From: a virus
Lineage: Duplodnaviria > Heunggongvirae > Uroviricota > Caudoviricetes
Strand: one strand, 5' to 3'
DNA: 34,029 bases
Virus record (IMG/VR): IMGVR_UViG_649989947_000025
This document shows positions 1-10,748 of this stretch, piece by piece. How positions within the stretch are numbered: position 1 is the stretch's first letter; each line of letters starts with the position of its first letter. The notes below the pieces were generated by a model. The model was not told the origin of the DNA, ran no database searches, and saw nothing but the letters and a program-made list of their open reading frames with translations. Position numbers and translations under genes: made by a program.

Positions 1-258
1 ATGCAAACCGTTATTTTTGGTCGTCCGGGTTGCCCTTACTGTGTGCGTGCAAAAGATCTGGCTGAGAAATTGAGCAATGAACGCGATGATTTCCAGTATC
101 AGTATGTAGATATTCGTGCGGAAGGGATCACTAAAGAAGATCTACAACAAAAGGCAGGAAAACCCGTAGAAACCGTGCCGCAGATTTTTGTCGATCAGCA
201 ACATATCGGCGGCTATACCGATTTTGCTGCATGGGTGAAAGAGAATCTGGACGCCTGA
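1..258 (+). CDS. grxA: glutaredoxin 1
   Basis: 85-aa ORF with CPYC active-site motif (GRPGCPYCVRAK), matching E. coli GrxA from memory; followed by a hairpin terminator. Confidence 0.9.
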   Translation: MQTVIFGRPGCPYCVRAKDLAEKLSNERDDFQYQYVDIRAEGITKEDLQQKAGKPVETVPQIFVDQQHIGGYTDFAAWVKENLDA

Positions 259-269
259 TCGTCTGACAA

Positions 270-300
270 GCCCTCGCGTTGAGGGCTTTATTGATTTTTT
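270..300. terminator. rho-independent terminator between convergent grxA and ybjM
   Basis: stem gccctc/gagggc with 5-nt loop followed by tttattgatttttt. Confidence 0.5.
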
Positions 301-665
301 CTGTGCTGTGGTTTAAACAAACTACTGATAAATAAGAAACACAATGCCCCCAGCGCACACCAGAACACCGCACTTAATAACCATGCCAGCTCTTGCCAGA
401 ATGAGCGCGTCGGTGAAAAAAACAGCCGCATAATGAGCATCGAACAGGGTGCCGCCAGCATTGCGCCAAACAGAGGTTTCAGGACTTCTCTACGATGTGA
501 AAAGAAGCTGGCAACTGCACCAGGAAGAATGAAAAATAGCAAACCGATTTCAGGATGCCCGGCAGCCCGAAAAGCGCCTTTCATGTGCGTCGCCAGAAAA
601 AGACACACCACAATGAAGAGGACAAAACAGCAGATTGCCCCCGCCCAACGTTGTTTATGTTTCAC
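288..665 (-). CDS. ybjM: inner membrane protein YbjM
   Basis: 125-aa hydrophobic ORF in the position and orientation expected between grxA and ybjL. Confidence 0.75.
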   Translation of the reverse strand: MKHKQRWAGAICCFVLFIVVCLFLATHMKGAFRAAGHPEIGLLFFILPGAVASFFSHRREVLKPLFGAMLAAPCSMLIMRLFFSPTRSFWQELAWLLSAVFWCALGALCFLFISSLFKPQHRKNQ

Positions 666-934
666 TCGTTCCTCCTGACACTGCGTCTATCGAACACATT
701 TTTCGCCAGTGTGGCGTTCAGTAAGATAAAGCCGCTTCGCATTCCATGCTAATATAGGCCAACGCAATTCATATAGCCGTTGATACCTAATGTGATTACA
801 CTAGTAAAATATATTGTTACTTTACTATCGTTTAGGTGCGCTGAATGAATCTGCGCCCTGAATTCTGGTAAAAAACATTATCGTAAATTACCATTTCTTT
901 CAACAGCTTACTAGTAAACAAGAAGTTAGCCTCC

Positions 935-2620
935 GTGAATATAAACGTCGCCGAATTGTTAAATGGGAATTACATTCTGTTATTATTTGTGGTCCTCGCG
1001 CTTGGGCTATGTCTCGGGAAATTACGACTTGGTTCGATCCAACTGGGTAATTCCATTGGCGTTTTAGTCGTATCGCTGTTATTAGGCCAACAACATTTCA
1101 GCATTAACACCGACGCGCTTAATCTTGGCTTTATGCTGTTTATTTTCTGCGTCGGGGTCGAAGCCGGACCGAACTTTTTTTCCATTTTTTTTCGCGATGG
1201 GAAAAATTACCTAATGTTAGCACTGGTGATGGTTGGCAGTGCGCTGGTGATCGCCTTAGGGTTAGGTAAGCTGTTTGGCTGGGATATTGGCCTGACGGCC
1301 GGTATGTTAGCTGGCTCTATGACGTCGACACCGGTTCTGGTCGGTGCTGGCGATACACTGCGTCATTCCGGCATGGAAAGCAGGCAGCTCTCACTGGCAC
1401 TGGATAATCTGAGCCTCGGGTATGCCTTAACCTATTTAATCGGTCTGGTGAGTTTGATTGTTGGTGCGCGTTACTTGCCGAAATTGCAGCATCAGGACTT
1501 ACAGACCAGCGCCCAGCAAATCGCCCGCGAACGTGGCCTGGACACTGATGCCAACCGTAAGGTTTATTTACCGGTGATCCGCGCCTACCGCGTCGGCCCG
1601 GAGCTGGTGGCCTGGACCGACGGCAAAAATCTGCGTGAACTGGGTATTTATCGACAAACTGGCTGCTACATTGAACGTATTCGACGTAACGGGATTCTGG
1701 CAAATCCAGACGGTGATGCTGTGCTACAAATGGGCGATGAAATAGCGTTGGTAGGCTATCCCGACGCCCACGCACGACTCGATCCCAGCTTCCGTAACGG
1801 CAAAGAAGTTTTCGATCGTGACCTTCTCGACATGCGTATCGTCACTGAAGAAGTGGTCGTTAAAAACCATAACGCCGTTGGCAAACGTCTCGCACAACTG
1901 AAGTTGACCGATCACGGTTGCTTCCTTAACCGCGTCATTCGTAGCCAGATTGAGATGCCGATAGATGACAACGTCGTGCTTAACAAAGGTGACGTTTTAC
2001 AAGTCAGCGGCGATGCCCGTCGCGTAAAAACCATCGCCGATCGCATCGGCTTTATCTCGATTCACAGCCAGGTCACTGACTTGCTGGCATTCTGCGCCTT
2101 CTTTGTTATTGGGCTGATGATCGGGATGATCACCTTCCAGTTCAGCACATTCAGTTTCGGCATGGGGAACGCTGCCGGGTTGTTATTCGCCGGAATTATG
2201 CTGGGATTTATGCGCGCTAACCACCCGACCTTCGGTTACATTCCGCAGGGTGCATTAAGCATGGTGAAAGAGTTCGGCTTAATGGTGTTTATGGCAGGCG
2301 TTGGTCTGAGCGCCGGTAGCGGTATTAATAACGGCCTGGGCGCGATTGGCGGTCAGATGTTGATTGCCGGATTGATTGTCAGTCTTGTGCCAGTGGTTAT
2401 CTGTTTCTTGTTCGGTGCTTATGTATTGCGAATGAACCGCGCACTGTTGTTCGGCGCAATGATGGGCGCACGCACCTGCGCGCCGGCAATGGAGATCATC
2501 AGTGATACAGCTCGCAGTAACATCCCGGCGCTGGGCTATGCGGGCACCTATGCAATCGCCAACGTCCTGCTGACGCTGGCAGGGACAATCATCGTCATGG
2601 TATGGCCAGGATTAGGATAA
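935..2620 (+). CDS. ybjL: putative transporter YbjL (AAE-family, two TrkA-C domains)
   Basis: 561-aa ORF with GTG start, membrane N- and C-terminal halves flanking a soluble central region; matches the YbjL N-terminus from memory. Confidence 0.9.
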
Positions 2621-2732
2621 AACTGAAGTTGCCCTGAAAATGAAATTTTTATGCACAACCGCAGAACTTTTCCGCAGGGCATCAGTCTTAATTAGTGCCA
2701 CTGCTTTTCTTTGATGTCCCCATTTTGTGGAG

Positions 2733-2775
2733 CCCATCAACCCCGCCATTTCGGTTCAAGGTTGATGGGTTTTTT
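2733..2775 (+). terminator. hairpin plus T-tract downstream of ybjL; host/prophage junction region
   Basis: cccatcaacc ... ggttgatggg followed by tttttt. Confidence 0.4.
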
Positions 2776-2855
2776 GTTGCCTGAAATTTAAGCTGTTTAA
2801 AATCATGATGTTAGAAACACTGTTTTTTAACGATGGCGACAAAATGGCGGCAGCG

Positions 2856-3074
2856 TCAAAGAGAGAGCGCCACCTGTCCTGATTTCATTGGATGCGGCTG
2901 AACCGGATTTGACTCTTTTGGCGTTGCAATCGAACGAACAAAAGTTTCATGGGTAACAAAAGTATGGCTGCAGTTAATGTTCTGGCACTGGTTGTAACGC
3001 TCTTTGGTCAATGAAGATACCTGAAAACTGCTGCGAGTATGGGCGGCACTTCCACACAGTGGGCAAATCATCAT
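2856..3074 (-). CDS. ogr: Ogr/Delta-family zinc-finger late transcription activator
   Basis: CPLCG...CQNxNC four-Cys motif, about 72 aa from the internal Met (longest ORF extends to 3107); last gene before the host junction as in P2. Confidence 0.85.
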   Translation of the reverse strand: MMICPLCGSAAHTRSSFQVSSLTKERYNQCQNINCSHTFVTHETFVRSIATPKESNPVQPHPMKSGQVALSL

Positions 3075-3161
3075 TTTTCGAGTTCTCCCCATTTTTGCTA
3101 AATTCACAATAATACCGCATTATTCCATTTTGCAAACTTAAAAGCTCTCCATTGCGAAGAA

Positions 3162-4262
3162 TCATTCCATTTCGAAATCATCAATCCTCACTTCAAGCTC
3201 CAGACTGGTTGTAAAACCGTTATCGGGGCTGACGGTATGCGTCAGAGTCGTAATGGTCCATTCCGCATCATCTATCGGCTGTTTAAAGCCACTGACTTTC
3301 ACTGGCATTTCCGTGTAGAGATCTGCCCGACCTTCTGCCAGTTGTAGCGAGAATGACGCAACGCCGCGTTGCAGGCGTTCCCACTGCATTTTCGCCGCCC
3401 GTTCGGCGTTGCTCCGGTTGGCATAGGTGCGATTAAGTACCAGCACGTTTTCATCTGTACCCACCAGGTAATCGCCCTGCTTCGCTTCCGGCTCTTTCTT
3501 CTGCTTCTTAGTCCTGCGCTTACGCTTCACCGTGGTGCTTTCATTCTTCGCGGGTTCGCGGGTATGCAACCAGCTGGCAATTACTCCCGTGTAGGCTCCG
3601 CGATCTGCCAGGGTAAAGCGGTGACTGTCGCCGTCCTTACGTGTGATAGTGATAACCGGTAGTGGTTTACCGCTGGCGCTTTTACCCTGTCCCTGCCGGA
3701 TGAATAACAGATTGCCATTTTTCACCGACGCAATAGCACCGTATTGGCGCGCCAGCCGCATCAGAAAACTGCCGTCACTCTCATTGGTCTGGTCTATATG
3801 TTCCACGGGTTTATCTGACAGGTCTTTACCCAATGCCATCTTCAGTTTGTGCCGCACAGCTATTTCCTTCACCACTTCCCCGACGGTGGTCTTGTGCCAC
3901 GACTTTTCACGGCGGGTATTCAGCGTTTCACGAAAATCAGCACTTCGCGCCCGGATAGTCAGGCGGTCCGGTGCGCCAGTGTGTTCAATCTCGTCCACCG
4001 TGAATGCCCCTTTCGGGAAAAGCGGCTGCCCCTTCCAGCCCAGCGCCAGCGTAATAACCGCACCACGGCGCGGCAGCACGATTTTTCCGTCGGCGTCGTC
4101 CAGCTCCAGATCAAGCTGGTCCGCTTCAAAGCCCCGATTGTCCGTCAGCGTCAAACTCATTAGGCGGTTATCCAGCACAGTGGTGATATCCCTGCCCTCA
4201 ATACTGATGCTGAATGCGGGAGTTTTGTTGCCTTTGTTAAGCAGTTCAGAGCTGAAATTCAT
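3162..4262 (-). CDS. D: tail protein gpD (late control D)
   Basis: 366 aa, position downstream of U, 4-nt overlap with the U stop. Confidence 0.85.
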   Translation of the reverse strand: MNFSSELLNKGNKTPAFSISIEGRDITTVLDNRLMSLTLTDNRGFEADQLDLELDDADGKIVLPRRGAVITLALGWKGQPLFPKGAFTVDEIEHTGAPDRLTIRARSADFRETLNTRREKSWHKTTVGEVVKEIAVRHKLKMALGKDLSDKPVEHIDQTNESDGSFLMRLARQYGAIASVKNGNLLFIRQGQGKSASGKPLPVITITRKDGDSHRFTLADRGAYTGVIASWLHTREPAKNESTTVKRKRRTKKQKKEPEAKQGDYLVGTDENVLVLNRTYANRSNAERAAKMQWERLQRGVASFSLQLAEGRADLYTEMPVKVSGFKQPIDDAEWTITTLTHTVSPDNGFTTSLELEVRIDDFEME

Positions 4263-4744
4263 GACAGCAGCCCTCCCACCGTTTTACTGATATCGCTTAA
4301 GGCAGACGTTGCTGTGTCCTGCAGATTATTCAGTTGCGCACTGAGATCACCGAATATATCGGACAGGGATTCATCCACCCGTTTGAGCGACAGGGTGAAC
4401 TCAATCCGGCGCGGCATACCGTCGCGGAAAAACTCCGTTTTAGTCTGATTCAGTCCCTCAATCACATACATGCCATAAATCGTGCCACTGCCTTCAATCA
4501 GGGGCCATGCTTTCCCCTGTTCTGCCATCTGCTCCAGTGCCAGCAACGACAGCCTGCCGCCTGTTATCTCCGGCATAAGAACACCGGAAAGCGTCAGCAT
4601 GTCGTTGTCCGGTCCCAGAAACTGCGTGGACGGACGTCGGTTTACCCGGCTGTTTGCCGCATGTCGCCAGCTGCGTTGATACTGCAGCTCCTGATACGGC
4701 ACGGTGCGCAGCATAAACACGTACAATCCCAGCACCATCATCAT
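4259..4744 (-). CDS. U: tail protein gpU
   Basis: 161 aa, P2 gpU size and position. Confidence 0.8.
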   Translation of the reverse strand: MMMVLGLYVFMLRTVPYQELQYQRSWRHAANSRVNRRPSTQFLGPDNDMLTLSGVLMPEITGGRLSLLALEQMAEQGKAWPLIEGSGTIYGMYVIEGLNQTKTEFFRDGMPRRIEFTLSLKRVDESLSDIFGDLSAQLNNLQDTATSALSDISKTVGGLLS

Positions 4745-5898
4745 GCGTCGTATCCCCCCTGATCGCTGTAGTTACTCCTGGCTTTTGCCTTCAGCCTGCG
4801 TTCACGTTCATCAAGCTGGCGGGCCACCTCCCGCGCAATATCCTGCGCACTTTGTCCTGGCTGTGTCTGGATGATGATCTGCGTCGGTGCTTCAATCCGG
4901 TAAATGGGCGGCACAGTAGCTGCACGACTCACCATCGCTTCACCGCCTTTTGCGGGAAGCGCCAAAGGATGCAACGGTGGAAGCTCTGCTGGCGCGGCAG
5001 CAACACCCATCATTCCGGCGACAACGGCAGCCAGTGCAGCTGTATTTCTCCGGCTGGTCACGTTTGCCGGGCCGTTAACAATTTCCGGCCCGTTTTCACC
5101 GACGATGCCAAACTGCCCGCGCGGGATATAGCCGCCGCTGTCATACATCCCCGCAAAGCCATATCCCCATGACGGAAAATCACCCGATGGCATCATCACT
5201 TTACCGTCTGCATTCACCGTCGCAGGTTGCTGACGCGTCACGCTTTCCGGCAGTTTCGCCTTTGCAGCCTCTTTACTGACAATGCCGAGTTTATCCAGCA
5301 ACCAGGAAACGCCGGATTTCAGGGAGTCCAGCGGATGCATAACCATATTCAGCCCTTCCGCCAGTGCCTCCCCGAATCGTCGCCCCATTGCCGCTGCGCT
5401 CTGCAGTTCGGCAGAGGTCGACTTAACGGGCGTCAGCAGATCAGTAAACCAGCCCCATAGCGCCTGCACTTTGTCGCCAATCCACTGGAACACAGGCTTA
5501 AGCGGTTCGAACGCTGCACTGACGGGACCTACCGCCGCTTTGAATCCTTCCACCACGCCACCGAGAAATGCGGTGATGGGTTGCCAGTATTTCCAGACAA
5601 CCAGCGCCACGCCCGCCAGTGCAGTAACCACAAGACCTATCGGACTGAGCAGAGCACCTAACAGACCAGATATGGCATACAGGGCAACGCGCAGCATCGC
5701 CAGTGGACCAGATGCCAGTACTCGCAGCACCGTGCCTGCGGCGGCCAGTCCACCGCGCAGTACCGCCAGAGGATTCATAAACATCACAGCAACAGCACGT
5801 AAACCGGATAATCCAGACCGCAAAAGTGCAACCGGCGCACCTGCTACAGTTTTCAGGACATTTCCCGTCAGTGATGCCGTGCGGCGCAAAGACGACAA
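4741..5898 (-). CDS. T: tail tape measure protein gpT, C-terminal portion (frame continues upstream of 5898 without a stop)
   Basis: Gly/Ala/Leu-rich repetitive sequence typical of tape measure; frame differs from the N-terminal ORF. Confidence 0.7.
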   Translation of the reverse strand: MSSLRRTASLTGNVLKTVAGAPVALLRSGLSGLRAVAVMFMNPLAVLRGGLAAAGTVLRVLASGPLAMLRVALYAISGLLGALLSPIGLVVTALAGVALVVWKYWQPITAFLGGVVEGFKAAVGPVSAAFEPLKPVFQWIGDKVQALWGWFTDLLTPVKSTSAELQSAAAMGRRFGEALAEGLNMVMHPLDSLKSGVSWLLDKLGIVSKEAAKAKLPESVTRQQPATVNADGKVMMPSGDFPSWGYGFAGMYDSGGYIPRGQFGIVGENGPEIVNGPANVTSRRNTAALAAVVAGMMGVAAAPAELPPLHPLALPAKGGEAMVSRAATVPPIYRIEAPTQIIIQTQPGQSAQDIAREVARQLDERERRLKAKARSNYSDQGGYDA

Positions 5899-7814
5899 CG
5901 GCGCAGTAAGTAAACCTGCGGCGTTGCCCGATGAAGCAAGCCCGCGTCGCAGCAGTGCCAGTGGCGCGCCAGCCAGGACAACGCGCTGCTGGTTCGAGTT
6001 ACTGCTGCCGTAACGGAAGATAACGTTTTGATACCCAACACAGAGAATCCCAGACGGATCACTGCCAGCGGCCCCAGCACTGCAGCCAGCGCCACCGCTA
6101 AGGTGCCGAGGCCGACGGTAACCGCAGCCACAACAGCCGATGCTTTCATCAGTGTGCCTGTCAGTTCCGGGTTAGCTTCCACCCAGCGACGCAACGCCCC
6201 CGTGACGCTTTTCACCGTGTACAGAATATCCATCAGCGGCTGGCGCAGCGTTTCGCCCAGGCTGCTGAAGGTGTTCTGCGCTCCGGTTTTGACCAGCAAC
6301 CACTGCGCAGAAAGTGAATCCTTGTTAATGTCGGATTCTTTCTGCATGGAGCCGAGCGCATCATTGCCCGCTGTCAGTTTTAGCTGGCGCTGCAGTTCCG
6401 GAAGGTTGTTTGCCAGTTTCGCCGCGTCATCACCAAACTCTTTACCAAACAACATGGTCATGGCAGACAGACGCTTGTCCTGCGGCAGTGCGTTCACCTT
6501 CTCCAGCACACGCTGGATAGTTCCCATCGCATCCTTCGTCATCTGCTTTTCAATCACTTCAGGATTGAGTTTCAGCAGATTCATCCCTTCAAAGAAACTC
6601 TTGCTTTGCATGGTGGCAATGGACAATTCACGCACCATCGCGTTTGCTGCACTGGCTGCAACCTCTGGCGCAGCGCCCAGTGTCAGGAAGGTGGAACCCA
6701 GCGCCGCCGCTTTACGATAATCCAGACGGTCAGCCACACCGCCCAGACGTTGCATCACATCAATGATGTCTGCCCCTTTCGACATGGCGTTATCATCCAG
6801 ATAGTTCAGCGCATCACCGAGCTGTTCAATATTGCGGGTGGGGATTTTGTAGAGCTGGGCGATTTTCCCCAGACTTTCTGACAGTTCATCCGCTGGCAGC
6901 TCAAAGGCTGTTGCCGCCTTTGCTGCCGTACTGGCGAAGGCCAGCAGGTCACGTTTCTGATCTTCCCAGCTGTCGTCAGGGTTTGCGACGTTCATGCGCG
7001 CACCACCTTCAACCAGTGCAGCGAAGTCCACCGCACCGTTTTCCATCGGCAACTGTTCGCTGGCAGCCTTGATGGCATCCTGCATTTCATAAAAACGTGC
7101 AGTGCGGTTGCCATTATCGTCACGCAGACCATTGACCTGCTTTGCCACACCTTTCATGGCATCTTCCATGCTGGTATAGCTTTTTACTGCCGACATCACT
7201 GGCGCACCCATTGCCAGCCCTGCAGCCGTGGTGGTGGCTCCGGCACCTGCAATACGATCACGCACCTCCAGCGAACGGGCATAACTGGCACGCGCTGCAT
7301 TCATCCTGCGCTGAGCTTCCCCCAGTCGCTTCAGCCGCGCCTCCTGTTTCGAAAGTTCCTGGTTATAACGTGATGTTTCACGGGCTAAACGGGCAGTTGC
7401 TCCCGCATCGTCTTTCGCAGAAATTCCCGCCCGGTACAGTTCAGCACGCACAAGCGCCGTCTGCTGCTGCAGCTTTTTCTGGCGTTCTTCCAGGCGCTGA
7501 ACAGCCAGCCGTTGACGGCCCAGAGCAACAACCTGACGTTGCGAAGGCGGCCCCATCGCTCCCAGTTCCTGACTGAGCAAATTTGCACGCTGGCGGGCAT
7601 AGTTCAGCCTGTCGCCTAATTTCTGATTTTCTGCCTGCAGCTTTCGGAAGCTGTCCAGACTGCTCCCGGCCTGATCAAGCTGCTTTATTGCATCGCGGGA
7701 TTTTTTGACAGCAGCAGCCAGTTCTCTTGAACTGGCCTGCGCAGATCGAAATGGGCGGGTGAGCTTGTCAACCGCATTAAGAATGACCTGCAGACGCAGG
7801 TTGTTATCACTCAT
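5868..7814 (-). CDS. T: tail tape measure protein gpT, N-terminal portion (coiled-coil rich), ends in an out-of-frame tail
   Basis: 648-aa ORF starting MSDNNLRLQV directly after E/E'; last ~35 aa are Trp/His/Cys-rich, suggesting frame loss. Confidence 0.75.
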   Translation of the reverse strand: MSDNNLRLQVILNAVDKLTRPFRSAQASSRELAAAVKKSRDAIKQLDQAGSSLDSFRKLQAENQKLGDRLNYARQRANLLSQELGAMGPPSQRQVVALGRQRLAVQRLEERQKKLQQQTALVRAELYRAGISAKDDAGATARLARETSRYNQELSKQEARLKRLGEAQRRMNAARASYARSLEVRDRIAGAGATTTAAGLAMGAPVMSAVKSYTSMEDAMKGVAKQVNGLRDDNGNRTARFYEMQDAIKAASEQLPMENGAVDFAALVEGGARMNVANPDDSWEDQKRDLLAFASTAAKAATAFELPADELSESLGKIAQLYKIPTRNIEQLGDALNYLDDNAMSKGADIIDVMQRLGGVADRLDYRKAAALGSTFLTLGAAPEVAASAANAMVRELSIATMQSKSFFEGMNLLKLNPEVIEKQMTKDAMGTIQRVLEKVNALPQDKRLSAMTMLFGKEFGDDAAKLANNLPELQRQLKLTAGNDALGSMQKESDINKDSLSAQWLLVKTGAQNTFSSLGETLRQPLMDILYTVKSVTGALRRWVEANPELTGTLMKASAVVAAVTVGLGTLAVALAAVLGPLAVIRLGFSVLGIKTLSSVTAAVTRTSSALSWLARHWHCCDAGLLHRATPQVYLLRRCRLCAARHH

Positions 7815-7940
7815 CGTTGGCCCCGCTTCTCTGAATCGCTTTATACCGCCATTCCAGCACTTCGGTCAGCGGCATAACGTCAGTAACGGATGGCGGCCAG
7901 TGAAAAATGGTGGCGATATCTGCCACCAGATCGTCAACCG

Positions 7941-8243
7941 TCAGGCTGTCGGTAAACCGGCAAGCACCGACTTCTTCAACAAAAAAGTGACAACCTCAAC
8001 CGACATGGCAGTGAGATCTGCCGGGTCCATCTCTGCAATTTCCTGTGCAGTCAGTGCCGGACTGGAGATGCGGGGGATCACGGTCATCATCGCGTTTACA
8101 TCCATATCCATAATGGCCTGCAGGCGTGTACCGCGCAGCGCACCGGACTGCGGTTTACGCAGCACAATTTCGGTGATTTCTGTTTTACCGCGCTTGATGG
8201 GGGTATCCAGTTGAATGGTCTTTTCAGTCTGCTTATCGCTCAT
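7941..8243 (-). CDS. E: tail assembly chaperone gpE (E+E' made by -1 frameshift, extension ends near 7810)
   Basis: 100-aa ORF between FII and T; in-frame T.TTT.TTG slippery heptamer near its 3' end. Confidence 0.8.
   Translation of the reverse strand: MSDKQTEKTIQLDTPIKRGKTEITEIVLRKPQSGALRGTRLQAIMDMDVNAMMTVIPRISSPALTAQEIAEMDPADLTAMSVEVVTFLLKKSVLAGLPTA
7980..7986 (-). other. programmed -1 ribosomal frameshift site TTTTTTG (E to E+E')
   Basis: heptamer is in frame with Phe-Leu of gpE; the -1 frame stays open about 57 codons to a TGA overlapping the T start. Confidence 0.7.
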
Positions 8244-8297
8244 TTTGCTGTCCTGTCAATTGGGTTCTGGCGCGGTATCCCGCGCCGTTCAGATATA

Positions 8298-8813
8298 TCA
8301 GAGGCCGAGGGCGTTGCGGTGCGCTTCCATCAGGTCCACACCGTCCACAATTTCCACCATGTTGATAAGGTCCACTTCATAGAGCACCTCACCATTGATG
8401 GTCAGCTTCGCGTAGCTGTTGGTACTGGTCACTTTGGTGGTGTTGCTTTCGCCCGTCTTCCACTCACCGGAATCCACTTCTTTGTGACGTCCACGCACCA
8501 CAAGCTCCACGGCCTGCACTTCCCCGGTATCGTCACGCTGGATAGAGCCGGTAAAGCGCAACTGGATGCCATCCACCGTGGCTTTGCCCATCTGCTTAAA
8601 CAGCAGCAGTTCAGTACCACCAATGGTAAATTCTGTGTCCAGCGCACTGTCATCAAGCCCCAGATCCACATCCACTGCCCCCGGCATTCCGCCACCGCGA
8701 TACTTCTCATATTTGCGGGTGAATTTCGGCAGCGTCAGCGACTCAACGATCCCCTGCCAGTTGTTCCCGTCGTTAAACAGGTTCAGGTGTTTTAATTTGC
8801 GTGGTAAAGCCAT
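8298..8813 (-). CDS. FII: tail tube protein gpFII
   Basis: 171 aa, size and position. Confidence 0.85.
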   Translation of the reverse strand: MALPRKLKHLNLFNDGNNWQGIVESLTLPKFTRKYEKYRGGGMPGAVDVDLGLDDSALDTEFTIGGTELLLFKQMGKATVDGIQLRFTGSIQRDDTGEVQAVELVVRGRHKEVDSGEWKTGESNTTKVTSTNSYAKLTINGEVLYEVDLINMVEIVDGVDLMEAHRNALGL

Positions 8814-8822
8814 GTTGTCCCC

Positions 8823-9995
8823 TTACGCGCTGACCTGGCTGGCGAAATTCACCAGGTACTGATCGGTGATGCGCTGACGCAACATCAGGTTTTCAAGTGG
8901 CGGCACTGGCGTGTAGTCGTAGTCGATGGTGAGTTTTCCGGCTTTCAGAGTGTCTTTGTCGTTCACCGACTCGTCCAGCCAGCAATCACCACCAATGAGA
9001 TACCCCTGACTGACCAGGCTGCGCATTTTGGCGCGGATGCCCTCGATAATGTCGCGCGCCAGCGACGGGTTCAGCGGTTTGTCCACTGCCCACATGTGCG
9101 CTTCTGCCATTGTGTCCGTCAGCACCTGCGCCGTGCGGGTGTAGTTTTCGAAGGCAAAGAGCGGGTCATCACTCAGGCAGCGGGAACCCCAGAAGCGGAA
9201 ACCGTCTTTACGCACAAGCGTGGTGACGTCGTTCTGGTTCAGCAGACCTGCATCGGTTGCCGGGTCCTGCAGATCCCAGAACACATCTGCAGAAATTCCG
9301 GTGACACCGTTCACGCCCACGTTGGACAGGCTTTTGTGCCACCCGGTCTGCTCATCAATTTTGGCACGCAGACCAAGCGCACGGGCGGTGGCATATGCCG
9401 TTGCTTCGGCATTCAGCACCGTGTCCCAGCCAGTAAAGTCGGGCCAGATCAGCATTCCTTCGCGCTGGCTGAAGTTTTCACGGTAAGTGATCGCCTCCTG
9501 TACCGTCTTGCAGCCATACGCTGACAGGTAGGCAAACCCACGCAGGCTTTGCGCCACACTCAGCAACTCAGTCGCAACGGCTTTGTTATCGTGACCTGGC
9601 ACGCCGAGAATGCGCGGTTTAACGCCGAGCTGTGTCTGGGCAGATAACAGGGCTTTCATGCCTGTTTTTTTACCTTCAGCAGTCACTGCGCCGATGATAT
9701 TGGTCGTGGTTTCTTCTTCCGTTTCACCCTGCGGCACACGCACAACAACGGTCACGGGTTTTGCCTGGTCAGAGATGGCATCCAGCGAACGGGCCAGCGT
9801 GCCGGACTCACCCGCTTTACCGCTGGCAGTCAGCACATCAGTGATCAGCACGGGTTTATTAAGAGGAAACATTTTTGCATCGGCATCATCGCCCGTGCAG
9901 ACCATGCCCACGATGGCGGTGCTCACCGTGGTAATGGATCGGGTACCTTCGTTGACTTCAACAACGCGCACCCCGTGGTGGTAATCCTGAGCCAT
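8823..9995 (-). CDS. FI: contractile tail sheath protein gpFI
   Basis: 390 aa, size and position. Confidence 0.85.
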   Translation of the reverse strand: MAQDYHHGVRVVEVNEGTRSITTVSTAIVGMVCTGDDADAKMFPLNKPVLITDVLTASGKAGESGTLARSLDAISDQAKPVTVVVRVPQGETEEETTTNIIGAVTAEGKKTGMKALLSAQTQLGVKPRILGVPGHDNKAVATELLSVAQSLRGFAYLSAYGCKTVQEAITYRENFSQREGMLIWPDFTGWDTVLNAEATAYATARALGLRAKIDEQTGWHKSLSNVGVNGVTGISADVFWDLQDPATDAGLLNQNDVTTLVRKDGFRFWGSRCLSDDPLFAFENYTRTAQVLTDTMAEAHMWAVDKPLNPSLARDIIEGIRAKMRSLVSQGYLIGGDCWLDESVNDKDTLKAGKLTIDYDYTPVPPLENLMLRQRITDQYLVNFASQVSA

Positions 9996-10071
9996 AGTGG
10001 CGAACCTCCTGATTGGATTAGGCTTCGCCCTATGTTGAAGTGATTGTGCCTGACAAACAGCTAAGCGCAGT

Positions 10072-10089
10072 TGTACCGTTATTCACACA
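10072..10089 (-). promoter_or_regulatory. candidate late-promoter activator site (TGT-N12-ACA) upstream of FI
   Basis: TGTACCGTTATTCACACA about 80 nt upstream of the FI start; same half-site spacing as the site upstream of P. Confidence 0.4.
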
Positions 10090-10137
10090 AAATGACGGTA
10101 TTTGTCTGCTTGCAGGGATAATCAAAATAATGCTGAT

Positions 10138-10704
10138 TCAGGGGGATTCATTGCTCTTATTTGCCGGAAATTTTCTATAAATGGTAGAAACGCCTACATC
10201 AAAAATCAGTGCAATACACTGTCTTGATTCTCCGGCCTCGAGTAAACGCCCAATCTGTGCCCACTGTTCGGTGGTCAACTTAGGACGGCGTCCACCTACT
10301 CTGCCTTTGGCACGAGCTGCAGCCAGCCCTGCCATGGTACGTTCAACTATCAGTTCGCGTTCCATTTCAGCCAGGGCCCCCATGACATGAAAAAAGAAAC
10401 GGCCCATTGGGGTGCTGGTATCAATACTGTCAGTCAGGCTTCGGAAATTCACGCCACGCTGACGCAACTCTTCTATCAGCGTAACAAGATGCCGCATACT
10501 GCGCCCCAACCTGTCCAGCTTCCAGACAACCAGAGTGTCTCCTGCCGATAGTGTCCTGAGCAGTTTTTTAAGCCCCGGTCTGTCGGACTTAGTGCCACTG
10601 ATTTTATCCTCAAAAATCCGCTCACATCCCGCGCAGTTCAGTGCATTACGTTGCAAATCGGTGTTCTGGTCATTTGTTGACACGCGTACATAGCCAATAA
10701 GCAT
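10138..10704 (-). CDS. serine DNA invertase, Hin/Gin/Pin/Cin family
   Basis: MLIGYVRVSTNDQNTDLQ...LVVWKLDRLGRSM...GRFFFHVMGALAEMERELI, near-identical to Gin/Pin over the catalytic domain; longest ORF extends to 10749. Confidence 0.9.
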   Translation of the reverse strand: MLIGYVRVSTNDQNTDLQRNALNCAGCERIFEDKISGTKSDRPGLKKLLRTLSAGDTLVVWKLDRLGRSMRHLVTLIEELRQRGVNFRSLTDSIDTSTPMGRFFFHVMGALAEMERELIVERTMAGLAAARAKGRVGGRRPKLTTEQWAQIGRLLEAGESRQCIALIFDVGVSTIYRKFPANKSNESP

Positions 10705-10748
10705 GATCAATCCCCTGAATAAAAACCGTGGATGATGCCAGTTAGCCA

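Noticed and set aside
1317-1915. Minus-strand ORFs (152 and 63 aa) inside ybjL
   Set aside because: Antisense to a well-conserved host transporter gene; Arg/Pro-rich translation typical of a wrong frame.
3369-9984. Numerous plus-strand ORFs of 60-240 aa overlapping the minus-strand late genes (e.g. 3643-4290, 5282-6013, 6028-6720, 7142-7576, 8211-8795, 9096-9524)
   Set aside because: They lie antisense to well-supported structural genes in GC-rich DNA, have low-complexity Ala/Arg/Ser/Pro-rich translations and no RBS; typical shadow ORFs.
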